Positions 33,922 through 42,909 of a DNA stretch of 64,000 nucleotides are shown here, piece by piece. Every line of letters begins with the position of its first letter. The first letter of the stretch is position 1. Source of the DNA: a virus (taxonomy: Duplodnaviria; Caudoviricetes); IMG/VR virus record IMGVR_UViG_3300037755_000886, positions 1 to 64,000 of that record; one strand, given 5' to 3'. Made by a program: the position numbers and the translations under genes. A model generated the notes under the pieces. That model had not been told where the DNA came from and made no database searches. It saw nothing but the letters and a program-made list of their open reading frames with translations.

Positions 33922-34469
33922 CGGCGCCCACGCTGTATCTCCGGCGGGCCGTGTGCAGCGACATTGACACGATCTACGAGTGGCGCCACGAAACGTCCGC
34001 CTGGTTGGCCCGCACCCACGACACCGACCAGTGGTCGACGCCGTACCCGCGGGCCAACCTGGAGCGCTGGGTCGATCGAGGCGAGACCTTCATGGCCGCT
34101 CTCGAATCGGCCGGCCGGCCGATCGCCACCATCACGTCGTCGTCGGAGGGGGACCCAGATCTGTGGACGCCCGGCGAGTTGGCCACGCCGGCGCGCTACG
34201 TCTCGAAGGCGAACGTCGTGCGCCAGCAGGCAGGCCGGGGCATCGGCACCACGCTCATCGCGTGGACACGCAGCAAGGCCGCGGAGGCCGGCGCCGAGCA
34301 CGTGCGCATCGACGTGTGGTCGACGAACGAGAAGCTCCACGACTTCTACCGCCGACTCGGGTTCCGGCACCTGCGGACCGTCCCCGGCACGAACTCGGGC
34401 GCCTTGTTCGAGGCTCCGGCGGCCAGGGTTCCGGGGCTGCCGATCGTCGAGCGGACTGGCGGCCGATGA
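33918..34469 (+). CDS. GNAT acetyltransferase
   Basis: QQAGRGIGTTLI; RIDVWSTNEKLHDFYRRLGF. Confidence 0.9.
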   Translation: MTAPTLYLRRAVCSDIDTIYEWRHETSAWLARTHDTDQWSTPYPRANLERWVDRGETFMAALESAGRPIATITSSSEGDPDLWTPGELATPARYVSKANVVRQQAGRGIGTTLIAWTRSKAAEAGAEHVRIDVWSTNEKLHDFYRRLGFRHLRTVPGTNSGALFEAPAARVPGLPIVERTGGR

Positions 34470-34702
34470 GGTTCGTCGCGACGACCGTTGTCCGAACGCT
34501 GATCGTCGTAGCCACCCTCGGGCTGCTGTTCGCCGGCTACCTCGTCCTCTATCGCCTTCCCCGCGAACGCGCCGCCGACGAGTGGACCCGCTGCGCGAAA
34601 CCGCACATCGTCGCCGCCGAGCGCGCCCAGCGGAACTACGACTTTCATGCCACCGAGGCGGCACTGAAGGCGGCCCAAGCTTGCGGACCACCGCCGTCGT
34701 GA
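34466..34702 (+). CDS. Small single-TM protein
   Basis: Coupled; hydrophobic N-terminus. Confidence 0.55.
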   Translation: MRFVATTVVRTLIVVATLGLLFAGYLVLYRLPRERAADEWTRCAKPHIVAAERAQRNYDFHATEAALKAAQACGPPPS

Positions 34703-35130
34703 CCCCCTGGCACCGCGGCAACGCCGAGGCGGACGCGCACGAAAACCGGTCGTGGCTCGTCGGCCATTTCAAAGCCAGCGACGACATCCGCTACGACGAG
34801 GACGTCGAGGTGAAGGTCAGCTCGCACCCCGCGGGGGACGAGCGGGCCGAGTGGTCGACCGGCGAGTGGAGGCGCACGTTCTTCATGGTGATGACCGGCA
34901 AGTGGCGCCTCGACCTCAAGCTCGAGGACGGCGACAACACCGAGACGGTCATCGCCGGGCCCGGGGACTACGTCGTCTGGGGGCCGGGCGTCGCGCACAC
35001 CTACCGGGCTGAGGCGGACTCGACGGTGATCACCGTGCGGTGGCCGTCGGTGCGGCCGACGCCGCGGCGGCCACCCTCGCGCGCAAATCTCCGGTCCAGC
35101 GGGTCCCTTCTGCCGCCTGACCTGCGGTGA
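34699..35130 (+). CDS. Cupin-fold protein
   Basis: WLVGHF..VEVK..HPAGDER..GDYVVWGPGVAH..TVRWPS. Confidence 0.8.
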   Translation: MTPWHRGNAEADAHENRSWLVGHFKASDDIRYDEDVEVKVSSHPAGDERAEWSTGEWRRTFFMVMTGKWRLDLKLEDGDNTETVIAGPGDYVVWGPGVAHTYRAEADSTVITVRWPSVRPTPRRPPSRANLRSSGSLLPPDLR

Positions 35131-35159
35131 CTGTCCCGCGCTGCGATGGCTGCTGCCGG

Positions 35160-35636
35160 TTAGGTGATGGTCGGGTCGTACCCGAGCGTCAGGTAGTAGC
35201 GGACCATCCCGCCGATCGGAGGGTCAGGTTCGGCGTTGAGCGCCCGGCTGACCGAGTGCGCCCGGGCGTTCTTCACGCCGCACATCCAGTACGCGTAGCC
35301 ACCCGGCGACCGGGAGGCCAGTTCGTTGAGAACAGCGTCGAGTAGATCGCGGCCGAGGTGACCGCCTTGGCGATCGACGCGGACGCCGAGCACGATCACG
35401 TACCAGACCTCGCAGTTGAGGTCCTCGTCGTCGTCGTCCTGCTCGAAGGCGCAGGCGGCTACAATCTCGCCGTCATCGTCGACGACCCATGCGTCAGCGC
35501 CGGCATCACGAGCCCGAAGGAACAGCTCCGTCCGGATGAAGCGCTCGGCTTCGTGCGCGTAGGAGCCTGTCGTGGTGGCGCACTTGAACGCTCCGAGGGC
35601 TGGTAGGTCGGCTCCTTCGAGGGGCCGGATCTTCAC
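35160..35636 (-). CDS. GNAT acetyltransferase, candidate TA toxin
   Basis: VLGVRVDRQGGHLGRDLLD acetyl-CoA loop; GTGA-coupled to a small basic gene. Confidence 0.7.
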   Translation of the reverse strand: MKIRPLEGADLPALGAFKCATTTGSYAHEAERFIRTELFLRARDAGADAWVVDDDGEIVAACAFEQDDDDEDLNCEVWYVIVLGVRVDRQGGHLGRDLLDAVLNELASRSPGGYAYWMCGVKNARAHSVSRALNAEPDPPIGGMVRYYLTLGYDPTIT

Positions 35637-35872
35637 CGGGCGGTGATCGTCTTGTCCCTCTGGTGTCGTTCGGTGGGTGCCTGAGTGAACCGGCCGGTGC
35701 CAGGCGTGTACTTCGGCGCGGTGCCTGCCCGGATCCTGGCCTTGGCGTGGTCGGAGAGACCGTGGCGCGCCAGCATGATGTCGGGCCGCCCGGTCATGCG
35801 TCGGACCCTATGGCGAAGTCGCGCCCGTGCGCGGGCGAGGTGCATCGCCACCGCGTGCTGTTTCGTCCTCAT
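35633..35872 (-). CDS. Small basic protein, candidate antitoxin
   Basis: 79 aa, RBS present, upstream palindrome. Confidence 0.5.
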   Translation of the reverse strand: MRTKQHAVAMHLARARARLRHRVRRMTGRPDIMLARHGLSDHAKARIRAGTAPKYTPGTGRFTQAPTERHQRDKTITAR

Positions 35873-36433
35873 GGTCTCCGCCCTTCCCTCTTGCGTCCGA
35901 CGTTACCGCCCAGCGCAAGCCTTGTCCTGCAACAAGCGTGCGTTACTATGGTAACGGTCGCCTGAGCGGCGTGTCCCTACCCCGTGCGCCATCCCCGGCC
36001 AGACCATGTGACATTCGGCTCATGAGCCGCCGACACGGAGGCGTGCCGCACGTCCCATGGACCGATACCCCTCCCCGGGTTACCGTCGAACCATGGCGTG
36101 GGGGCAACAACGAACTTTCATTCATGAGCTGCTTGTGACGGTGGGGGCCGCGACGGGCCTGCTCGTGATCGGCATCGCGGCGCTGTGGACCACCTTCCAG
36201 ATCCGGCCGCCGTGGCCCGACCCGGCATCGGCCCGCGGGACCGTCCCGGCCGGCACCAGGCCACCGGCGGCGCTAAGCGCCCGCCCCGCGCCCGGCACCC
36301 TCCCGCCGGGGAGCTGGCGCCCGGACCCGCGATCGGCGGACAGCGGGGGGACGCGCCCCGAGAGGTGAACGCTCCCCGGTGCGCTCGCCATCCTGGCCCG
36401 GGGGCCACCGCGACCGGGCCCGGGGGTCGACGG

Positions 36434-37054
36434 CTACTTCGGGAGCGTGGCGACGACGTCCTCGATCTTCTTGGCGTTGGCCGGCGTGACCTTGCCCGTG
36501 ACCCGGACCAGCACCGGCCCGGCGAGATAGTCGTACTCGGTGCCGAGGATCGGCGAAGACGCCCGCATCGACGTCAGGTACTCGGAGCGCGTCTTGGCCA
36601 GTGCGGCGGTTGGGTGGATCTCGACCGACCCGCCGCGCTCGACGGATCCCGCCGGGGCGCCCGTGTTACCGCCCGGTAGGTCGAAGGCAGCCCGGGCCTT
36701 GTACCCACCGGGCCGCCCGAGGAGTTCGTTCGGGTCGTCCTCCGGGGTGTTGATGACGACGTTGGTGGCGCCGGCCCCGGCGACCTTCGCGAGCACGGCA
36801 TCGAGGCTCGGGGCGGGCACCGTGGGGAGTGTGGTCGGCTTGGGCGGGTTGGCGATGTCGGCCTCGATGCTGGCGATGGTCTTGTCGGCGGTCTTCCTGC
36901 CTTCTTCGCCTGCGGTCGCGAAGCCGTAGATGATCCAGCCGATGGCACCGATGGCCACGGCGAGGACCGCCACGCGGACCCTGCTGACGGGCTTCTTCGG
37001 CGGAGGCTCGGACGGGTGTAGCGGAGGGTCTTCTGGGGGTGGAGGGTTCGTCAC
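36434..37054 (-). CDS. Single-TM exported protein (superinfection-exclusion-like position)
   Basis: TM, then EDDPNELLGRPGGY..GGSVE..R..Y..EYDY..VLVRV. Confidence 0.75.
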   Translation of the reverse strand: MTNPPPPEDPPLHPSEPPPKKPVSRVRVAVLAVAIGAIGWIIYGFATAGEEGRKTADKTIASIEADIANPPKPTTLPTVPAPSLDAVLAKVAGAGATNVVINTPEDDPNELLGRPGGYKARAAFDLPGGNTGAPAGSVERGGSVEIHPTAALAKTRSEYLTSMRASSPILGTEYDYLAGPVLVRVTGKVTPANAKKIEDVVATLPK

Positions 37055-37104
37055 ACCGCTGACCGTACGCCCGCATGTCGCTGCGTGCGTCGGGGCCGTG
37101 CCGG

Positions 37105-37851
37105 TCAGATGAGCCCCATCTCCTTCAGCACGTCCATGGCGGCCTCCGGGTCACGGCGGACGGCGGCCTTGAGCTGCAGCTGATACCACCGCTCCCGTGA
37201 CGCGTTGAGCGGCACCTGCCAGCCTGATCGGTGCTCAACCAAGCGCTCGACGATGAGCATCTCGATCAGGTCCTCCAGGCAGGGGCGGTACCGACGCCCT
37301 CCGACGGGCAGATGCAGCTTGAAGAACTCGGCATTCGACGGCCGACGCCCGGCCATCCACCCGTGCAGAGCGTGGTTGCTGCCGTATGCGTGGAGGTGGG
37401 CCGGCGGGTAGCGGTAGTCATCGCTGGGGGTGCGGTCGTAGTCATAGCGCAGGACCTGCTGGCTGCGATCGGAGGCGAGGTGCAGCCCGACCTCGGACGT
37501 TGCAACGGTGAGGTAGTGGCCTTCGGGGTCCATCTGGAGTCGGACGGACAGACTCAGCCAACAGCTAGGCGTGCCGCCGAGCGTGACCGGGATGAGCGAC
37601 GGGATGACGCCGCTGCTGCGACTGACGCCGTAGCCGACGTACGCGGCCAGTTCTTCGGGGCGCAGGATGGCGCCGACCCGAAGGCCGGTGGTGATGGTGC
37701 CGTTGAGGAGATCGGCCAGCTCACCGGCGAAGCGGCGGGCCTCAACATCCAGGCGGTCGTTTGCCTGCGAGGGGCTTGAGGGCGAACCAGACGAGCCGCG
37801 CTTGTTCCGACTGGAACGCCTCTTCTCTCGCTTGTGCTTCGAGTTCCCCAT
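37105..37851 (-). CDS. Putative toxin or defence effector
   Basis: RYDYDR..YPPAHLH..LHLPVGGRRYRPCLEDLIEML; His/Arg-rich. Confidence 0.6.
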   Translation of the reverse strand: MGNSKHKREKRRSSRNKRGSSGSPSSPSQANDRLDVEARRFAGELADLLNGTITTGLRVGAILRPEELAAYVGYGVSRSSGVIPSLIPVTLGGTPSCWLSLSVRLQMDPEGHYLTVATSEVGLHLASDRSQQVLRYDYDRTPSDDYRYPPAHLHAYGSNHALHGWMAGRRPSNAEFFKLHLPVGGRRYRPCLEDLIEMLIVERLVEHRSGWQVPLNASRERWYQLQLKAAVRRDPEAAMDVLKEMGLI

Positions 37852-37951
37852 AGGTGAGGCCGATCTCGTCGAGCATCCGCTGGGCCACCTGGGCCATGTC
37901 GGCGTCGGTGACGACCTCGACGGGCACCTGGGCAAGCTCCGTTCGAGTCAT
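37742..37951 (-). CDS. Small acidic protein, putative antitoxin
   Basis: MLDEIGLTYGELEAQAR..FQSEQARLVW; GGGAGAG RBS; overlaps the toxin start. Confidence 0.6.
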   Translation of the reverse strand: MTRTELAQVPVEVVTDADMAQVAQRMLDEIGLTYGELEAQAREEAFQSEQARLVWFALKPLAGKRPPGC

Positions 37952-38182
37952 GGTTCGCTCTCCCTTGGATGTCCGGGCACATGCAAAGTTGTCCACAGCA
38001 CTAACAACCATCTTCGCGTAGATGATGCCGCGCTGCCATGCACAACGCGCGGTTGTAACAATGCTGATCGTCGGCTGAGACCGTCGGGACCTGAGGCTTT
38101 CCGCCATACGTGCAGTATGCGCGGGGGGTGCGACATCCCGGACGGCGAGCCCCGAAGCAACCCCGGGCCCAGGGTCGGCGGG

Positions 38183-38782
38183 CTACTGGATGGCCAGGAA
38201 GCGCTGGTCCTCGGTCTTGTCGAGCGTGAAGAACGGCTCGACCAGCATCACGAGCTGCGGGACGTCCGCCGGCGGCGCCTCGTAGATGAGCTGGCCGGTC
38301 AGGGTCCCGCCGGGCTGCAGCTGGGCCGTGATGTCGAACATCGTCGGCGTCGAGGCGAACGTCTGGGTGAGCTTGACGCCGGCGGGTGAGAGCAGCCCGA
38401 CGTTGATGTTCGTCATCGCCGCGCCGGGCTTCGTGTCGCCGTTGTGGACCGTGATGGTCACGGCGACGAACTGGTTGCCGGGCGTCTGCGGCTTATTGAA
38501 CTGGTTGGCCTTCGCCAGCGCGGCGTTGGCGTTCAGGTCGGCGGACACGACCTTGATCATCCAGCCCTGCGCCGCGGCGACCTCGGTGCCGATCGGCGCC
38601 GGGTTGTCCTTCGTGGAGCCGGGCTCGAGCGGGGCCTCGGTGGTCGGCGCTGCTGCAGCAGCGCCGTCGGTTGAAGCCGTGGTCTCGGTCGCCGGCGTCG
38701 TCCCGCAGGACGAGAGGGCGACCAGGGCCACGACGGCAAGAAGGCCGCCGAGAAAGCGGTTGGGGTGGGGAGGGTTCGTCAC
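38183..38782 (-). CDS. Lipoprotein with DUF4352-like Ig domain
   Basis: ALSSC lipobox; NPAPIG; NQFN.P..GNQFV.V.ITV.N; LQPGG..G.L.YE. Confidence 0.8.
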   Translation of the reverse strand: MTNPPHPNRFLGGLLAVVALVALSSCGTTPATETTASTDGAAAAAPTTEAPLEPGSTKDNPAPIGTEVAAAQGWMIKVVSADLNANAALAKANQFNKPQTPGNQFVAVTITVHNGDTKPGAAMTNINVGLLSPAGVKLTQTFASTPTMFDITAQLQPGGTLTGQLIYEAPPADVPQLVMLVEPFFTLDKTEDQRFLAIQ

Positions 38783-38866
38783 ACCGCCGACGGTAGACCG
38801 TCCGTGCCCATGCGTGCTGGTGCCGCTACAGGCCTGACATGTACAGCGCTGCCCGAACGGGCCGGG

Positions 38867-39107
38867 CATCCCACGTTCCATCCCACGTTCTCCGCGCGGA
38901 GGCGCGCGAACACGCGCGTTGCGCCTCGCCCTCGCGCGCTACCGTCTGCGTACGCGCGCTGGTGCGCGGTTGTGCTCTTGACTCTTAATCCGCAGGTTCT
39001 GGGTTCGAATCCCAGGGGGCGTACCACCAGAAAGCGCAGGTCAAGGGCACTTTCTGAAGGTGGGAACGAACGAGGGACTAGGATCCATCCCACGTTCATC
39101 CCACATC
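38867..39107. repeat. Integrase arm-type sites of attP
   Basis: CATCCCACGTTC at 38867, 38879, 39086 and CATCCCACATC at 39097, flanking the core. Confidence 0.8.
38980..39026 (+). mobile_element. attP core = 3' half of tRNA-Lys(CTT)
   Basis: GACTCTTAATCCGCAGGTTCTGGGTTCGAATCCCAGGGGGCGTACCA: anticodon loop, T-arm, CCA; no D-arm or 5' anticodon stem. Confidence 0.88.
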
Positions 39108-39122
39108 GGAAGGCGGGGCGCC

Positions 39123-40394
39123 ATGGCGGCGAGCAAGAAGAAGGGCCCGCGCGAGAAGGGCTCTGGCTCGAAACGCGAGACACGCAAGAACGTCTGGGAG
39201 CTGCGGGTCAACCTGGCGCCCGACCCCGTTACCGGCAAACGACGCCAGCTCTCCGACACGTTCCGGGGCGGCGAGAAGGCCGCCAACGTCGCCCTGGCCA
39301 CGCTCATCTCCAAGACCCAGGCCGACCGGGCGCCGGCCACCGAGGCCACGTTCGGCTACCTGCTCACGACGTGGCTCGAGCGCTGCGAACGGAACCTCGC
39401 GGAGTCCACGGTCGTCGGATACCGGCGCATCGTCGATGACCTGTGGATGCCGAAGCTCGGCCACGTCCCCCTCGCCAGGCTCGAGTCCCGCCACCTGCAG
39501 GCCGTCCTCGACTGGGACCACCAGCGCAAGGTCACCCGCGGCAAGAAGGTCACGCCGATCAAGGCCGACACCGTGCTGCGCCACTGGGCCGCCGCCCGCA
39601 AGGCGTTGAACGACGCCGTGCAGATGGGGTGGATCCCGAGCTCGCCCGGCGACCGGGTGCTGCTGCCGTCGAAACGCAAGGGCCGCGACCGGGACCTGTC
39701 CAAGGACGAGCTCCTCAAGATCCTGCTGTGCGCCGACGAGATGGACCCCGCGCTCGGGCTGATCCTGCGCGCCGCGAGCCTGTCGGGCGCCCGCCGCTCG
39801 GAGATGGCCGGCCTGCGCTGGCCCGACGTCGACTGGGAACGCAACCGGCTGAGCTTCGAGCAGGGCGTGGTCGTGCTGGCCAACCCGAAACGCAAGCCGG
39901 GCGACCCGAAGCGGCGGCCCCGCAAAGTGGTCATCAGCGACACGAAATCCCACCAGTCGCGCCCGGTCACGCTCGACCCCGACTCGATGGAACTGCTGCG
40001 TCTCCTGCGCCTGTACGTCGAGGCCGTCGCCGAGCAGGTCGGCACGGAGCTCCTCCGCGATGCGTTCGTGTTCTCCCGCGAGCCTGACGGCTCCAAGCCG
40101 CTGCGTCCCGACTGGCTGTCGACGGCGTTCAAGAAGGCGGCGAAGAAGGCGGGGTTCCCCGAGGCGCACCTGCATCAGCTGCGACACCTGTCGGCGTCGG
40201 TGATGCTGTCGCACGGGATCCCGACGGCGGTCGCCTCGAAGCGGCTCGGTCACGCCGAGGAGACGACGACCATCCAGTTCTACTCCCGGGCGATCCAGTC
40301 GGACGAGGCCGCCGCCGAGGTGTTGGCCTCGGTGCTGTTCCCGCCGGCGAAGGCGCCGACCGTGCTCGAGGTGCCGGAAGCCGAAGCCAGCTGA
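39123..40394 (+). CDS. int: Tyrosine integrase
   Basis: GARRSE (R), HQLRH, LGH, FYS (Y); N-terminal arm-binding strand. Confidence 0.95.
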   Translation: MAASKKKGPREKGSGSKRETRKNVWELRVNLAPDPVTGKRRQLSDTFRGGEKAANVALATLISKTQADRAPATEATFGYLLTTWLERCERNLAESTVVGYRRIVDDLWMPKLGHVPLARLESRHLQAVLDWDHQRKVTRGKKVTPIKADTVLRHWAAARKALNDAVQMGWIPSSPGDRVLLPSKRKGRDRDLSKDELLKILLCADEMDPALGLILRAASLSGARRSEMAGLRWPDVDWERNRLSFEQGVVVLANPKRKPGDPKRRPRKVVISDTKSHQSRPVTLDPDSMELLRLLRLYVEAVAEQVGTELLRDAFVFSREPDGSKPLRPDWLSTAFKKAAKKAGFPEAHLHQLRHLSASVMLSHGIPTAVASKRLGHAEETTTIQFYSRAIQSDEAAAEVLASVLFPPAKAPTVLEVPEAEAS

Positions 40395-40474
40395 CCACCC
40401 CCCGGGTTAGCCTGTTCTCACCACCTGCCCGGTCCGCCGCCGGGCCCGGCCTCACCAGCCGGACCACACGTGTG

Positions 40475-40499
40475 CCGCCCCGCCTGTCGCGCGGGGCGG
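40475..40499. terminator. GC hairpin between convergent int and the leftward operon
   Basis: CCGCCCCGC-N7-GCGGGGCGG. Confidence 0.55.
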
Positions 40500-40507
40500 T
40501 GCCGCGC

Positions 40508-40843
40508 TCAGGGGTCGGGCGGGTAGTGGTCGAGGTCGAAGCACGAGACGGCTACGGCTCGCTCGGCGGGCGTCATCGGCCGCAGCATGGCCAAGATCTC
40601 GGCTGAGACCCGGCGCACGGTCGACGAGTAGTCCTCGTCGGTCGATTTGGCCAGCCAGTCGGCGCAGAAGTCGAGGTGGGTGTCCTCGACGTTGTAGTCG
40701 TCGGTCACGATATGGAGCGGGCCGCCGACGGCATGGTGCTCGTAAAGCTCGGCGACCAGGGTGCCGGCGGCCCGGATCTGGTCCGTGATGGGCGGCCAGC
40801 CACCTGCGGCTTCGACCTCCCGCCGGACGCAGTTGTCGCACAT
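40508..40843 (-). CDS. Hypothetical protein
   Basis: GGPLHIVTDDYNV motif; typical codon usage. Confidence 0.6.
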   Translation of the reverse strand: MCDNCVRREVEAAGGWPPITDQIRAAGTLVAELYEHHAVGGPLHIVTDDYNVEDTHLDFCADWLAKSTDEDYSSTVRRVSAEILAMLRPMTPAERAVAVSCFDLDHYPPDP

Positions 40844-40983
40844 CGACCCAGCCTCTCACGCCATGCCCGGTGACGAATGTCATTGAGGGAGTGCGCGACG
40901 AACGCGGCCTACGACTCCATAGGAGGCGTCGCCGGGTACAGCCGGCCCGCGCCCGTTCTGATGTCGACGGGCGCCGGCGGGAT

Positions 40984-41415
40984 TCAACCCCCGCGGCTGC
41001 AGGTCCTGCAGAACCCGCCCGGCTGGCCACCGTGGCGTGGACAGGTGAACGGCCGATGCTTCCGGGCGAGCGCCCGGGCCATTGGGTCCGGCTCAGCCTT
41101 ACCCGGGGCGCCTTCTATGGCGGCGAGCGTCTCGGCGAGGTGCGGTCCGATGGCACGCAGCGCAGCGGCCAGCGCAGCGGCCAGCGCCTCGAAGGCGTGC
41201 GCGAGCGCTGGCATGGCCGCGGCGGCCGCCTGAATCTGTTCGGGCGTCGGCGGGCCGGGCCGGCACCGGTCGCACCAGGCCGACCCCTCGGCCGGCGCTC
41301 GCATGCCGCAGCGCAGGCAGGCGCCGGTGTCCCAGTCGTAGGCCACATCGCCAGCGTGCTGGGGACCGACGTCGATCACCTCGAGGATCCTGTCGACGCC
41401 GCTCGCTCGGGTCAT
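40984..41415 (-). CDS. Zn-finger hypothetical protein
   Basis: CLRC..CDRC; CPRH..CRTC. Confidence 0.55.
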   Translation of the reverse strand: MTRASGVDRILEVIDVGPQHAGDVAYDWDTGACLRCGMRAPAEGSAWCDRCRPGPPTPEQIQAAAAAMPALAHAFEALAAALAAALRAIGPHLAETLAAIEGAPGKAEPDPMARALARKHRPFTCPRHGGQPGGFCRTCSRGG

Positions 41416-41726
41416 GACGGTGAGCCTTCCACGTCGTGTTCGATCACGAGCCACCGGTCGTGGCTGGTCTCACGGGTGTGCGCGCCAGCCCAGCGGCCGC
41501 GGTCGGCGGCCGACAGGAACGGCATCGGCGTCTCGAGGTCCGGGTCGCACCGGCGACAGAACAGCACGAACCAGCGGACACCCGGGTCGGAGCCGCTCAC
41601 GGCCTCGACGACACGTCGGCGGATCTGCTCGGCCTGTCTCTTCCGGCGGTCCTCGGCGACCTTCGACTCGAAGGCCAGCCGTGCGAGCTCGACCATCAGA
41701 TCCTCGGTGGTGTCGTCGCCGGTCAC
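41412..41726 (-). CDS. Hypothetical protein (CRRC..H..H)
   Basis: Coupled. Confidence 0.55.
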   Translation of the reverse strand: MTGDDTTEDLMVELARLAFESKVAEDRRKRQAEQIRRRVVEAVSGSDPGVRWFVLFCRRCDPDLETPMPFLSAADRGRWAGAHTRETSHDRWLVIEHDVEGSPS

Positions 41727-41738
41727 CGCTCCCCCACG

Positions 41739-41981
41739 TCACCGAGGATGGCCCGCAGCCGGAGGATCTCGTCCCGCCGGGGCCGCATGCTCGGCCTCGA
41801 ACTGGTCGAGGCGGGCGAGCACGTGGGTGGCACCGAGCGCGGTGGCCCGGGCCCGCAGGCATCGGGTGGCGGCGCCCAGTGTCCCTGGTCCGTGGCCGTC
41901 GTGGCCGGTGCCGCAGTCGTCGCAGGTGCCGGTCCACTGGCCGTGCCCGTTGAAGTCGGACAGGCGGGGTGGGTCCGTCAC
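41739..41981 (-). CDS. Small Zn-ribbon-like protein
   Basis: CDDC..C..H; coupled. Confidence 0.45.
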   Translation of the reverse strand: MTDPPRLSDFNGHGQWTGTCDDCGTGHDGHGPGTLGAATRCLRARATALGATHVLARLDQFEAEHAAPAGRDPPAAGHPR

Positions 41982-42466
41982 CAGCCGACCCCGAAACCGA
42001 TGACGTGCCGAGTGGCCCGCTCCTCGTCCCAGCCTTCCGACACGAGCCGGCGGACCTCGGCCAGGCCTGCGTCGTCGAGGGCGTCAGCACCCCCACCCGT
42101 CTCGTCGTCGACCAGGCGCACGGCGTCGGTCGGCAATGCCGCAAGCATGATCTCGTTCGCGTCCGCCCACACCCGTGCCCGCCGGCGTATCTCCCGAAGG
42201 TGAACCACGCCGTCGGCCGAGACGAGGTCGCGCACGATCACCGCGGCCTCCCGGTCGGGGCGCGGTGACTGGTAGGACGCGCAGATCGGGCAGCCGGCCT
42301 GGTCGAATGGCCAGTCCGGATCCCGGTCGGGAGCCTCCCAATCGCCGCCGAAGACGACGCAGGTGACACCACGGGGCCGGCCGCAGCCGGCGCAGTGCAC
42401 CATGGTGCCGATCAGCACCCCGTCGCCGACCAACGGCCAACCGTGCAGCCAGGGGCGGTCGGTCAT
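41978..42466 (-). CDS. Hypothetical protein
   Basis: AGAAGAAGGA RBS; CAGC and CPIC. Confidence 0.5.
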   Translation of the reverse strand: MTDRPWLHGWPLVGDGVLIGTMVHCAGCGRPRGVTCVVFGGDWEAPDRDPDWPFDQAGCPICASYQSPRPDREAAVIVRDLVSADGVVHLREIRRRARVWADANEIMLAALPTDAVRLVDDETGGGADALDDAGLAEVRRLVSEGWDEERATRHVIGFGVGW

Positions 42467-42678
42467 GTGTCCTTCTTCTCTCGGCTCTCGACCCGGACCA
42501 GGGCCTCGGTCCGGGAAGGCGTCGAGGATGAGCGCACGGTACGGGCCGTCCCCGCCCCACCTGCGGTCGAGATCGAACGACAGCGCGGACAGGCCGAGCC
42601 GGCAGCCGGCGCCACCGACCCTGTCCAGCACCGCGCACGTGCGCTCCAAGACGACGACGATCACCGTCTGCCACCAGG

Positions 42679-42909
42679 TCACCGGCTCCCCTTCCGCTCG
42701 GCCTCGATCGCGGCGACTTGGGCGTGGACGGGTCGCCAGGGGCTGTAGGTGACGGTCCGGGTGACCCAGCGCATCGGATGGCCGCTGCATGGCGGCGGCG
42801 GCTTCGACAGGGTCGGCAGGCCACGGGTCTCGGTGTCCCACGGGATGACCTCGTCGGGCCACTTCGGGGCGAGGAACTCGCGGGCGAACTCCTGGCGTTC
42901 GGTCGTCAT
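42679..42909 (-). CDS. Hypothetical protein
   Basis: ATGA coupling. Confidence 0.45.
   Translation of the reverse strand: MTTERQEFAREFLAPKWPDEVIPWDTETRGLPTLSKPPPPCSGHPMRWVTRTVTYSPWRPVHAQVAAIEAERKGSR

Noticed and set aside
36057-36368. Plus-strand small TM ORF
   Set aside because: One hydrophobic stretch followed by low-complexity sequence; start uncertain.
38951-39026. Full-length tRNA-Lys gene
   Set aside because: The span is tRNA-sized but the 5' half has no D-arm, the acceptor pairs poorly and only 2 bp of the anticodon stem form; treated as attP core.
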